Below, piece after piece: positions 13,210 to 29,488 of a DNA stretch of 64,000 nucleotides. The stretch's first letter is position 1. Each line of letters starts with the position of its first letter. The translations under genes were made by a program, and so were the position numbers. Origin of the DNA: Octopus sinensis (taxonomy: Eukaryota); NCBI RefSeq assembly GCF_006345805.1, contig NC_043005.1:93434001-93498000 (forward strand), in the 5' to 3' direction. The notes beneath the pieces are model-generated. The model saw only the letters and a program-made list of their open reading frames with translations. It did no database searches and was not told the DNA's origin.

Positions 13210-14585
13210 TATATATACATACACACGCACACATACATACAAACACACACACACATATATATTTATGAAATACACAAGACATTCGGTTTTTTAAAGGTTG
13301 TAAGACATACACGAGTTTCGTTAAATCAATTGGTAGAATTATACAATTGTTTACGGAAATTTATATATTATCAAACCACCTCATTAATGTTATAGTCAGG
13401 AACAAAATATAGAGTATAGTGTTGAGCTGCTCATATATATATATATATATCTTCTCTATATCATAATTCTGAAATGCGAAAAGTTTGTTTGTTTGTCTGG
13501 TTTTGGCATTGAGAACGGGTTAAAGGCCACTAGATCCCGTCGGATTGACTCCAAAATTTACAGGGACATGTAAAATGAGGTGAGGATGCGAGTGGGCTAA
13601 GTTAGAAATCCCCATCTTAAAAGGTGTCGTTGCTAGGGCCAAAAACGTACTTTGACAAGTCTACTCTCATTCTTTTATGTATCTGTCTTCCTCCATCACT
13701 CACTCTCTTTCCTCCCTTCCCATCACATTCTATCTATAACGTCGTTTCACAGCGTCTACTTCCCCTTTACTTTCTCTTTATAACGTCGTTTCACAGCGTC
13801 CAATATCTCCCCCCTCCCCCTCTTCGACAGCGCTTTCTCACACTCTCTCTCTCTCTCTCTCTACGTCTGTCTGCATTCATAGAGAAAATTATCATCGTCA
13901 ACACCACCACCACACAATCATGAGAACAAATATTATGAATCAGATATTTATTAGGTTAATTTATATATGTGTGTGTGTGTTCTATATATAAATATGTATA
14001 TATAATGTATATATACAAAGTGTATATACCTGTATTTATGTATATTAAACTTTTTAATACTTTTTGATAGTTATATATATATATATTTTTAAATATAAAT
14101 ATAAATTAATAATTTTAATTTTAATTTAAATAATTAAAATTTTTCAATTTTATATTTTATATATTTTGTATATTTTATTTTTATTTTTATGTTTTGGTTT
14201 ATGTTTTTCACTGTTTGATTTGCCTAATAGTGGTTTTATCTCTAATTTAATTTATATATATATATAATTTGTATACATTTTTATATATAATGCGTACACA
14301 CACACACAAGTATATATATATATATATATGATATATATATATATATATATATACATACACACGCACACATACATACAAACACACACACACATATATATTT
14401 ATGAAATACACAAGACATTCGGTTTTTTAAAGGTTGTAAGACATACACGAGTTTCGTTAAATCAATTGGTAGAATTATACAATTGTTTACGGAAATTTAT
14501 ATATTATCAAACCACCTCATTAATGTTATAGTCAGGAACAAAATATAGAGTATAGTGTTGAGCTGCTCATATATATATATATATA

Positions 14586-16665
<2,080 letters not shown>

Positions 16666-16678
16666 ATACATATATTTT

Positions 16679-16758
<80 letters not shown>

Positions 16759-16829
16759 CATACATACATACATGCATGCATACCTACCTACCAACCTACA
16801 TACATACTTGCTAAATTTCCAGTGAGCAT

Positions 16830-17925
16830 AGTCAAAGCCATAGCTGACCTAACTTCACCGTGGGCCACCATCTTGAAATCAAACACAAGGAGTAATTTAT
16901 TACCACTGATAGAATACAGCATTGGCGAGGCACATTCCTATGTTATTTATACTTTCTGTAAACCCTTTGTCATTCATGTTAAGGCAGTCGGAAGGATATC
17001 TCACTAGTTCACAAGGAAATAGAAATACCAAAATTACACAGTTTCTATTTTGATGACTTGAAATTATATCCCAAGAATATGCAAGAGATGAAAAAGATCC
17101 TTGACCTGGTTACAACATTCTCGAAGGATATAGGGCTGGATTTTGGTCAAGATGAATGTTGCTATATGGTTGCGAAAAGAGGGAAAACTGTAAACCAGAC
17201 TAAAAACACTTCCATCAATGACTTGATTGTTTCCCCTATATCTGATGAGGAATGTTACAGGTGCCTAGGAGTGCATGAAAACATACCTTACAATGGCACC
17301 TGTAACAAGAATATTACAGCCGAATAAAGAAAATTTGGACCTTGGAACTCTCTGCATTCAATAAGACAGTGGCCCACAATGTGTTTATAGTACTAGTATC
17401 CATACCAACGTTTGGGCTGCTTGATGAGGTCCGATCCATTGATGTGAAAACCCGGAAGAAGTAACCCAGCGCATATCATTTCCACATCAATAATGACGTA
17501 GACCGCCTCTGTCTAAACAGAAGACAAAGTGACATGGGCTTAACATCGACCCAAACTGCCTTCGAATGTCATATCATAACCCTTCGGCAACATCTTTTAA
17601 CCACCAAATGTGTATCCCTTGACAAATTTTGCATACATGAGGCTGATAACATCATAAGACTTGGAAGGCAGCTCCTTGAGCAATTTTTCTTGTCTGATAA
17701 CCTTACATACATACCCAAAGAAGTCACACGACTCTACCGCAAGGGAACATCAGATGAAAGGATGAGCGTACATGAGCAGAAGACCATGCATGGATAGGTT
17801 TGTAGAAAACTCCGTGATGACAGTGCCATTGATCATCAAAGCAGTCTATCATGGACCAACAAGTGGATTACTACCTCACTCTTTGAAGGGTATGCGTTTG
17901 CCATCCAGGAACAGGAAATATCAAT
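16830..17925 (+). pseudogene. R4/Dong-like LINE remnant after (ATAC)n
   Basis: DDLKLYPKN..TTFSKDIGLDFGQDEC, YRCLGV, ELSAFNKTVAHNVF and FEGYAFAIQEQEI. Confidence 0.85.
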
Positions 17926-17991
17926 ATCTCTCTCTCTCTCTCTCTTATATAAGCAAGTACACACGCACGCACGCGCACACACACGCACACA

Positions 17992-18043
<52 letters not shown>

Positions 18044-18365
18044 ACACACACAAGCAAATGTATAATGACAGACGATGGATAAATGTCAGTTCATTACAGC
18101 TGTTTCTTACTGTAATGAGCAGACATTTATCCATCGTCTGTTATTTTTCATTTGCTTCTAATACACCAAAGGAATTCACGACACGTCGGACACCCTGGAG
18201 TCTACCAAACAACAAATGACCAACATAACGTGTACTTTAGACGAGCCCTTAGGTGCTTAATACTCATAGGGGTGGTTTTCCCTGTGTGCACAACCTGAAT
18301 ATCCTACTGGATATTTAATTGCCCATAGATGGTGACCACAGGTTTATCCAACCCTACCTGGTGCA

Positions 18366-18439
<74 letters not shown>

Positions 18440-18440
18440 T

Positions 18441-18534
18441 AGGTCACTGCCTGGAATCGAACTCGGAATCTTGGGGTTAGTAGCCTGCGCTCTTAACCAC
18501 TACGCCATATGCCCACGAGCATATGGCGTAGTGA

Positions 18535-18540
<6 letters not shown>
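18441..18540. mobile_element. Head-to-head pair of hammerhead-SINE tRNA heads between (ATT)n and (AAT)n
   Basis: A complete minus-strand head is followed by GAGCATATGGCGTAGTG|ACCTGAA, a plus-strand head with an internal deletion at an AGTG microhomology. Confidence 0.8.
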
Positions 18541-18609
<69 letters not shown>

Positions 18610-18613
18610 CAAC

Positions 18614-18835
18614 ATTTCACATATTTCATATTAGTTCCACATATTTCACATTAGCTTCACATATTTCACATTGGTTCCACACATCTCATTAGCTTCACAT
18701 ATCTCATATTAGCTTCACATATTTCATATTAGTTCCACATATTTTATATTAGCCTCACATACTTCATATTACCTTCACACTTCCACATATTTCATATAAG
18801 CTTCACATATTTCACATTAGCTTCACATATCTCAT
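18614..18835. repeat. Minisatellite, ~21-bp unit (CACATATTTCATATTAGCTT/GTTC), ~10 copies
   Basis: Read directly from the sequence. Confidence 0.9.
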
Positions 18836-19169
18836 AAATCATTCCATTACTTATGAACTTTCTCTAATTAACATACACCAATGTGTAAACAATATCAGGT
18901 CTCTTTACAAAACCAAACGGTAGGTGTGTGTGTGCATCATCATTCAATATATCGTACAGTTTATAAATTATACGCAGTAGTTATTCAAAATTGTCCTGAT
19001 AAGCTTATTATTATTATTTACAATTACGTTAAAACAAAAAGAATTCATTTATGTATGGCCAGGTATTAATAGTAATAAACAGACAAAAGAAGGAGAATTG
19101 GTAATCAACGAAGGTTAGCTGATCCCAGACGAATTGAAAACCAAAAGATTGACCAGACAGAAAGATTAA

Positions 19170-19722
19170 GGCCGCTTAACATTTTGTCCGGCGTGCTAAC
19201 GATTCTGCCAGCACGCCGGACAAAATGTTAAGCGGCATTTCGTCCGTCTTTACATTTTAAGTTCAAATTCTGTCGAGGGTGACATTCCCTTTCATTCTAT
19301 CGGGGTCGATAAAATAAGTACCAGTTGAACACTGGAGCCGATGTAACCGATTAAACCCGTTTCACATTTTGGCACAAGGCCAGCAATTTCGGAAGAGGAT
19401 GTAAGTCGATTACATCGACCCCGGTGCTCAACTTCTACTTATCTTATCGATCCCCAAAGGGGATGAAAGGTAAAGTCAACCTCGGCGGAATTTGAACCCA
19501 GAACGTAACGGCAGACGAAATACGGCGAAATGCGTAGTCGTATTTCGTCTGCCGTTACGTTCTGGGTTCAAATTCCGCCGAGGTCGACTTTGCCTTTCAT
19601 CCTTTCGGGGTCGATAAATTAAGTACCAGTTACGCACTGGGGTCGATGTAATCGACTTAATCCGTTTGTCTGTCCTTGTTTGTCCCCTCTGTGTTTAGCC
19701 CCTTGTGGGTAGTAAAGAAATA
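19170..19722. mobile_element. Cluster of three tRNA-derived SINEs (GTTCAAATTCCGCCGAGGTCGAC family) in alternating orientation
   Basis: + 19207-19355, - 19360-19525, + 19539-19722. Further copies at 31790-31992, 32240-32455, 38930-39100, 41380-41510, 42535-42740 (-) and 57680-57865 (+). Confidence 0.85.
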
Positions 19723-20116
19723 TATATAAATATACGAACGCGCAGACGCACACACACATATATACACATATATATATATGCATATATAATTTTAAATATA
19801 TATGCATGTATATATGAGCATATATATGTATGTGTGTGTGTGTTTGTCGGTGTGTGTGTCTGTGTATGTGTGTGCAAGCACGCGTGCGCGTGTGTGAATG
19901 CACAGGTTTGTTAACGACAAATATTTCAACTCGGCGAGTAACTTCACAAATTCAAAAGCACTCAATACTTAACACAGAGTAAATTTATTGTGTATGTTAT
20001 TTCAGACCGCGCGACAGCGCCTGGAGGAAATTTTCATACCCAGCTGCCAATTCATAAACCACAGACAAGGAAACACAAGGACAGAGATGGAAAGAGAAAG
20101 AGAGAGAAGGGGGGGG

Positions 20117-20199
<83 letters not shown>

Positions 20200-20973
20200 G
20201 TGGAAGAGAGAGAGAGAGTGAATGTTTGTATGTGAAAGAAAAGGGTTGGATGAGAAAAAGACTTGATTCCAAATATATTTCTTTTTTTTTTTTTTACTTT
20301 TTTTGTTTACTCACGTTATCATTAGAAAGAAAGTGGTATTCCGTACAGTCCGATTGATAGAATCCTCGCCAGTGACGCGTGTGTTTGTAGGAAAGTTGTA
20401 GTAGAGACTTCGTAAAAAACTTATATCGACTCACAGATGTGAATGGTGACAAGTGATTCATACGGCCGACCGGTCGCTCAGCCAGCCAGCCAGCCAGCCA
20501 ACCAGAGAGGAGGGCGAGGAACACACACACTCACTCACACACATTCATGAAAGGGTGAGGCCGGATGGTTGGGTCAAGTGACGAAATGAAATCGAACTGG
20601 TTATATTTTGTTGAGTAATAGTGATGGTGTTGTGGTGGTGGCGGCGATGGTAGCCGCAGTCGTCGTCGTGTTGGAGGGAGGATGTGACTTGTGGACTACT
20701 TACGCTTATCAGTGAGGAAATGTTTGCAGTGGGCTGAGGCGATCGTGGCGTCGGCGTGGGCGCTGGAGCGGCAGCAGCAGTAGCAGCGTGCGGCGGCGTG
20801 GTTAATATGTCACGCTTGTACACTTTAGGTCAATAGTTATGGAAGATAATTTGCGTCATTTGTATTTTAGAGAGGTTCGCGAGGAAAATATGTATGCATG
20901 TATGTATGTATGTATGTATGTATGTTTGTATGTGTGTATGTGTATGTATGTATGTATGTATGTATGTATGTCA

Positions 20974-21400
20974 GGTCACTTTCGAGTGCTATTAGTAACA
21001 TGTAACCTAGTACAACCTGTTGCATGGTCGGGCCGTCGGCGACTAAACCGGTAACCCCATCAAGCTTGCTTGGTGAGGAGGGTGTTTATTGGACACCCTG
21101 CGGGATGAAAAACAAAATCCGTCAAAGGTCGGAAGAACTATTGAGAGTCAACGGCCATCCGATAATTGTGTATTTGTTTTTTTTTCTCTTAAGGCTTAAG
21201 GCTGTATCATGCGCGGGGACATAGAAATAATCGGACTGAATACCCGATCGCGCGGTTAAACCATTGGGAGTGAAGGACTCTTAGCGTTTGTTAGGGCATC
21301 CTTCTAGGAGAAGGTAACTCAGGTAACTGGGATAACTCCGACATAAAACCTGCGGCTCAGTGGTTACCGATGATGTTGACTTGTTCTTCTTTTCGGATTA
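20974..21400 (+). mobile_element. Dispersed repeat beside (ATGT)n, resembling a LINE 5' UTR
   Basis: The first ~90 nt are homologous to the minus strand of 32570-32654, which also abuts (ATAC)n. Confidence 0.45.
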
Positions 21401-22873
21401 TGGCTGCTGTTGCTTAGTGAGTGGGATTGACTCAGTGCACAGCCTTTCCTCACTTTAAAAAAATCTTTTTGCACAGGCATTGCATGATAACAACATTGTT
21501 CATGATTGCTGATGGTGCTGTGAGTCTCAACTGAATGGCTGGCTGTAGCCTTAAAAAGCAAATAAAAGTTACATTCGATCACAACACCAACAGCAGTTAA
21601 GCTTCGTGCAATGGCCATACTCGATAACGAGGGGGCAACCATCAATCTATGTATGTATGCAATTATGTATATAAGTATGTATGTATGTGTATGTATGTAT
21701 GAATGTATGTGTGTATGTATGCAATTATGTATATAATTATGTATGTATGTATGTGTGCATGTATGTATGTATGTATGTATGTATGTGTGTATGTGTGTGT
21801 ATGTGTGTGTAAGTGCATATGTATATATACAGACACTTCGTATATACATTGTATTATGTTCAATCGCGCGCACGCGTGAGTATATGTGTGTGTGTGTGTG
21901 TTTATATTTCTATGTAAGTATTTATTGAAGGTCATATTGGATGTGCGACTGAAATTACGTTTACGAAAAAGTTTATTAAGTGTTTTGGAGTTTTACAAAC
22001 ACCTTTAAAAGCAAACGAAGCAAATAAACGCGTACGACCATATCGGGTTCCGCTGAAGAGAAACAGCAAGGGCCAACACATACACAAATACAGAGATGTT
22101 AATTTGCTCGTAAAGCAAATAAAATGTCGTCCATATTTTTATCCCCTAATGATGTTATTGAAAGCCATAGAAATCCTCGGACTGGTCGGTGTTCATAGTA
22201 TTATTAGGGTGTCCAGAAAGTTCTTGCGGTTTATAACCTTTAAATTCAGATGCACGGCCGGTATGCATGGGCGACTGCTGGTCTTCCATAAACAACCTTG
22301 CCCGGATTTGTGCCGGTGAGTGTGTGTAAGCGTGTATGCGATGTGTCTGCGTGTGCGTGTCTGCATGTATCAGACATGACTATATTCAAGTTTAATCTTT
22401 GAGAATAGAGTTTTCATATTCCTGTATTAAGGAACAATAATCTTCCCATATTCATTGGTCGGTTAATGGTTCAAGATGTCGGTCTCATCATCAGAATGAA
22501 GCGACAAAAATAATACTGCTACAGTCTCAGTGCTTTGCTCGTAAATCCCAAAAGATCGTGGGAATATGTTTGATAAAATCGTCATTACCGAAGCCGAGAA
22601 GGTTTTCAAACATTACTGCACTAATCGACATATAGAAATAGTTTTGTCCGTAAAGGACGACAGACATATACAGAGGAATACAGGAACTACACCCTTTTTT
22701 CCCTCGGGTCTTAGGACAGCAGCAGCTCAATGGGGTGAGAGGTTGGGGATGAGGAGAAGGCCACACTGCTGCTAAAAACTAAGACACACACACAAGCATA
22801 CATACACACACGCGCGCGTCTGCTGAAATGAATTGATAGGTTCACATATAACCTCCTGAGGTACATCCATTCT

Positions 22874-22971
22874 TTTCTCTGATGAAATTATGCTCATATC
22901 ACATAAATGCAAATTTAATGTACAAATTTGTAATTAAATTATTGAGTATTAATTGAAACAGCTGTAAGAAG
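22874..22971 (+). ncRNA. Type-I hammerhead ribozyme motif (long stem II)
   Basis: UUUCU-CUGAUGA-AAUUAUGCUC...GAGUAUUAAUU-GAAA-CAGCUG-UA-AGAAG. Stem I is UUUCU/AGAAG, stem III is palindromic, and the triplet is GUA. Confidence 0.72.
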
Positions 22972-23335
22972 CGAAGACAATGGAGAATACATACACAGAA
23001 TAATCAATTAAGGTGGAAATATGGATAAGAGGATTCAACCGAAACGCAGCATAGGCAACATGAATGAGCTCATTAATTCGACTGGACTATGACAATAAAT
23101 GAATTGATTATTCTGTGTATGTATTCTCTGTTTTTTTTTGGGGGGGGGGTTGTATTGTTAACCTTTTCCTCCTACATCGAAAACGATGGAAATCTCTCTA
23201 GCAACCACTAAAGTTTCAGAAGTGTAAAGTACTAATATTGAAGAAGAACGAACGACAAACACTCGTACATAGACACATATATCCCTAAGAAAGAACAACT
23301 TCTTTTCATACAGACTTATATATATGAGTGTATAT

Positions 23336-23382
<47 letters not shown>

Positions 23383-24048
23383 CTATATATACTAGCTTAA
23401 AAGCCAGTACCACCACCATCGCTATCACATCTGCCATGCACACACCATTCAGACTTCTGATGCCACCACCATCAATACTTTTGACTTCGCCACCTTTCCC
23501 TCCACTAGCATCACCGCTATCTTTCACATCGCTTACTCTCATGTGTGTTTGTAGGAAAGTTGTAGTAGAGACTTCGTAAAAAGCTTATATCGACTCACAC
23601 ATATAACTGACCGCCTTGGATACCACCACCACCACCTTCAGCACCGCTTTCTCCGCCTCTATCACAACTACAGCTCATACTATTACTATCACCCCATTAT
23701 CATCAGTGTTCAGTATGTTGGTTCAGTGTTCAGTCCCTCTTTCTCTCACACACCCACTCCTTCTCTCACACACCCTCTCTTTCTCTCTCTCTTATTATTA
23801 CTCCCACTGCCACCATCTACTACTTTTAATAAAACATCATCAACTCTTCCTAAATTTCTTTCTCTCTCTTTCTCTCAGTCGCTTTTTCTTTCTCTCTCTC
23901 TCTCTCTCTCTCTCTGCCTTCGTCACCGCCCTCACTGTCTCCATGCCTACAATTACTCTCACCCCAGCATGAGCGATAGTAGAAGTGTCATTGAATAGTG
24001 AGAGAAGGGGGTTCAAAGTGTGACACACTGACACACAGAAATTAGTTT

Positions 24049-25229
24049 GGATCTTTTCATTTCCAAGGCCTGTTTTGTCAGATTTTTCTAGTTAACTAAA
24101 TAATTTGAAACTTCGTATACTGGTAGAGTGTCTCAAAAGAAAACACTAGTTTCAACTTGTTTATTTGAGAAAAATGTATTTTATAACCTTAAGGGTAGAT
24201 TAAATCTGCGAATTTTAACCAATCGTATTGTTTGTTTTCATTTGAAATAATTAACTGCATTATCTTAGTGTGACGTAGAAAGCTATTTTGTGACGTAGAC
24301 AGCTGTGCGTAGGTCTGTGTTTTGTGTGCGTGTGTGTGTGTTAGATGGGGTGTGGGAGACAGAAAGTATGTTGTGTAAGTGAAGTACTTCTGTTAGTGTG
24401 TGTGAAGAGACAGAGAGAATAATGTGTGAAAGAGAGAGATAACTGAAATTTTTTACTCGGTGTATGTGTATATGTATGTATGCATGTATGTGTGTGTGTG
24501 TATGTATCTATGTATGTGTGTGTGTGTATGTATGTGTATGTATGTGTGTGTGTATGTATGGCCGATTCAGTGTTTACATTATTTCGAGTTAAAACGAAAG
24601 ATTACCAAAAAAAAATTTGTCTATATCTTCGATCACTGTCATTATTCCATTGAGTCAACCTCATTATTTTCTACATAGCAAAGGTAATCTTTCGTTTTAA
24701 CTCGAAATAATGTAAACACTGAATCGGCTATACATACATACACACACACACATACATACACACACATACGAAAGATTGCCAAAGATAAAAAGTTACAGAA
24801 ATAAAAGTTACACGAATAAAGTAAGGAATAAAAAATCACAAAAATATACGAAAATTTACAAAAACTAAGTTAGTTATATAATATATAAGTTTAATATATA
24901 AGTTAGTTAATAATATATAAAAAAAATGTGAATAGAAACTGAAGGAATACGGTAACCGGGTGTTTACATTTCACGTATGTTAAATACGTCAGCAAAATAG
25001 CCGTTTACGTCTATTGAGACGGAGTAAATAATATGAAGCCGAAAGACCGAATACCATTGGTTAAAATTCTAATTATTAAACAACGTTAAACTTTGAAATT
25101 ACAATTCCGTTTTCATTCTGGTTTACAATTATGTTTTCTTTTGACACATTCTACCAGTATACGAAGTTTCAAATTGTTTGGTTAAGTAGGAAAAATCTGA
25201 AAAAACAGGCCTTGGAAATGAAAAAATCC
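24049..25229. mobile_element. MULE-like non-autonomous DNA transposon
   Basis: TIRs of about 100 bp or more starting GGA..TTTCATTTCCAAGGCCTG; 8-bp TSD ATTAGTTT at 24041-24048 and 25230-25237; internal palindrome at ~24550-24745. Confidence 0.8.
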
Positions 25230-26065
25230 ATTAGTTTTCGCATTTATTATGTTAAGCCCCGTACCCCCCTTATCATTAATGTGAACACATATTCTTAATA
25301 ATTGGTACGACTCTCTGTTTGTCTCTCTCTCTCTCTCATTTTTACTTGATCTGTCCCCCTCTCTCTCTCTTTTCTCTCTATTCATCTTCTCTTTCCTCTG
25401 ATCCTTTGGTCTAGTCTTCCACTACCCTCCTATTTCTTTGTCTCGCTCTGCACTCACAGGTCATTCTTCGACACCCATCCCTTCTCCTCTCTGATTCCTT
25501 CTTTTTCTCTCTTCTCTCTCTTTGTTGCGTTTTGTCCCCCTTCTCTCTCTCTCTTCTTGCTTCTCTTTCTTTTCTTTTCCCTCTTCTCTGTCACGTGACT
25601 GTTGGCCGAAATCTGCCTTTCAGCTCCTGACCCTCGTCGTGTTAACATCGTTGTTTTTCGTCCGCCGCTATAAAGGCTTTTCCAATGCGCCAGAGAAAAA
25701 AATTTGTTTGCTTGATAAGTCGTAAGACACTTGTTGTTTTCAACGTTAATGCTTCTGTATTTCATGTTTCTGTTTCCATTATTGTTTTTTTTTTTTTTAT
25801 ATCTGTCCCTTTTGCTGTCCTGGTGTTCGTATGCATTCGATCCTCTTCCAGGAAATCTACGCTTCCAGCTTAGTTTTTCTAATGCTCGTTGCTTAGTTTT
25901 TCTTGGAGGGCTGGCCGTGATCTAGTAATCTCAAGATAATCAGCCGAAATTACTACGATGATCCGGTTCTTGACTGAAGACTGAGGGGTTCGAATGTCCT
26001 GTCCAGGTTTATTGTATCGTCTTCTAAGATTATACGTTCTTGTCCATGTTGATTTTTTACATACC

Positions 26066-26114
<49 letters not shown>

Positions 26115-26139
26115 AAGAATAGTGCCAGACATAATGTTT

Positions 26140-26704
<565 letters not shown>

Positions 26705-29410
26705 GCAAAATCGCCATCCCACTACACCCATACATTCAAAGCATTCAGCCACAACACATCTCTTGATACAGCTAGTGACTACCGCTAACCCCAGGCCACA
26801 ACAGATAGAGAGGATACTCTTGAAGCCGAGAATTTGAACTTATGGAGACAATAATTATATATCACCTGAGGAAACACAACTAGATCTCATAATGCAGGGA
26901 AACGGTTGCATAACCAAGTCCCTGCAGGCCTGGAAAACTACGCTGCGTAGAAACAATTGTAGTGATTGCAAATAAATGTCCTACTGTGCTCCCTCTTGTT
27001 GACTCCAATTTTTTTCATTTGTCTATTCACACACTACAGAAGCCCAAACGCAAATCTGGAAGTAAGTATAATACTGCTACTGGATAGCACAGGGTGGAAT
27101 CTGAGGGTGGTCGAGTTTAATACTGTGCCCTACTACGTTCTTAACAATATATATATATATATATCAAACATGTGAACCTAACCCACGTGCGTTTTCTCTT
27201 CTCTTCCTTGTCTCTTCCAGACTTACCACTATTATTCAACGTAGGACTATGTTATGTCATTACATTACTCTATAACTTTTTTTCCTTCTTTGGGCGTCAA
27301 CCAAAAAGTGAACGTCCCTTAGAATTTTTGTTGCTTTTGCTATTTGTATTTGTGTGTGTGTGTGTAAGTATTATGTAGTTTATATGTATGCATTTATGCA
27401 TCTATGTATTTGTATACTATGTATAATTTTCCTCGTACATTAATTAAAAAAAGTGATTAGCAGCATTGGCATAGTAAACGTTTTCCTTTTTATTTTTAAT
27501 TTACTGTTTTTTTTAAAGGTAGAAGACTAAGGCAGGAGACTACAACTGTGCAGAATTTCTGTCATTTGGAGAGGAAACCGAACCCGTAGAAATTCGTGGG
27601 TGTCATATATTCAGATTCAATTTTGGCCGCATAAGTCAAATTCTAGCGTTTGTGAGTGTGTTGCGGTTTTCGTTGTGCATTATTCATTCATATTTAGGGT
27701 GGAGTTAGTTTCATTGATATATCCTCTTGCGTTTTCACTTTTGAACGAAAGACTTGGTAGTCGAGTCGTCAACGTAGGATGTTTGCAAGGCGTCTGTTTA
27801 TTGAGGTTAAATACAAGTCTGTTGGGAAGTGTGGAGGTTGTGTGTGGATGATGGCTGAGTGCAGTAAGTTAGGTAGGAGTAAAAGGTGCAGCATAGGGAT
27901 CTGTCTGATTAGCGGTATCAACGAACTGGTCGTTAGAGAAGAGGAAGTAAGAAAAGAAAAAAATGTAAGCCATTAACATTCGTACAACTCGTTCTTTAGC
28001 CCTAGGTCAACACTGTTCGAGAAAAATCTGATCAGAAGCATTTCTACCGCGAACATTATTTAAAGTAGGGTGTGATTTAAGGGAGAAATTTGTCGGCTAT
28101 TTCTAGCAAGTCGAATGACAACACAGAGGCTCTGTTGCTGGCCCGGGTTAATTCGGGAGCCATGTGCATGTTCCGATGGGGCAAATCTCACAAAAGATGA
28201 GAAATGGTTGAAGTTTAAATAGCAGGGCAGTTCGGAGGGATTTCACGACAGACGTGGGTGGGACAAAATCACCATTCACTTCTTTAGTGTTGATTGTATT
28301 ATGAGAAAGGCATGAACGTCACATAATCTCATTCCTCTGCACAACAAACGTGTGTCTGTATAAGAAATGGACATCTTTATAGACAATGGCCGTCTCTATT
28401 TCCATTGGAAGTGGGTCATGTTCATAATTAATACTCCTGAGTTCTCTGCGTTAAATAGACTGCAGCTAAGCTTCCGACTTGTCGTTTCCAAAATTCTAGG
28501 ACAATGTCATTTTCACTTTGCCCATTGTTGAATAACCTTGGGAAATTCCAATATTTCGCCCACTCGCTAAAATACACCCACCACACATACATGTACACAG
28601 TGTAAATACATATATGCTAAGCTATAGGTATACATACACACCTAAACACACACACACTCACAAACACACACATACACACTCACAAACACACACATACACA
28701 CTCACAAATGCACACACACATACACACTCACAAACACGCGCGCGCGCGCACTCACACCCATAAAGACAAACACATACACATGTTAAAAAATACATCGAAA
28801 TACACACGTACATATACATACGCTCCATTAGATATACACACAAACACATCTAAATTAAAGAAAATGAGAATTCGTCGGTGTCGACGCTGAGTCTGCCTGT
28901 TGTTCCAGGAACTGCTAACTCATTGAATTAGAGTGCAACCAGCTGAGTACACAACTGTCACCTGAACCCTTAACATAAATCTGAGATAGGATCAGCCTCT
29001 CAATGTGACACGACTGAATCTCTTCAATTCCACATACTGTCCACACGACGGGATTCCACACAGTTTCCGTCTCCCCAATTTCCAAGACAAGGTTTGTATC
29101 AACTTCAAACTATGGTACGTGACATTGTCTCAAGATGTCACGTAGCGGGATCGAACTTACAACCTCAGGATTGCATAACAAATTCTTAACCATTTGGGTA
29201 TATCTAATTTGGCAAACACATATGCACTTTTCAACTACATCTAATTTTTCACACAGGTATACAGAAACTACACACTAGCGCACACACACATACAGATATA
29301 TATATATACACACATACATACATACATACATACATACATACATACATACATACATACATACATACATACATACATACATGCACACACACACACATACAGA
29401 TATATATATA

Positions 29411-29488
<78 letters not shown>

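Noticed and set aside
18614-18835. CRISPR-like regular repeats
   Set aside because: The ~21-bp units are contiguous with no unique spacers, in a eukaryotic context; this is a minisatellite.
22450-22502. Hammerhead-like motif on the minus strand (CUGAUGA..GAAC, stem I UUCAUU/AAUGAA)
   Set aside because: It lacks the A15.1/U16.1 pair and a NUH triplet; at best a dead relic.
27520-28560. Non-repetitive-looking stretch as possible host exons
   Set aside because: No recognisable protein motif or convincing splice-bounded ORF.
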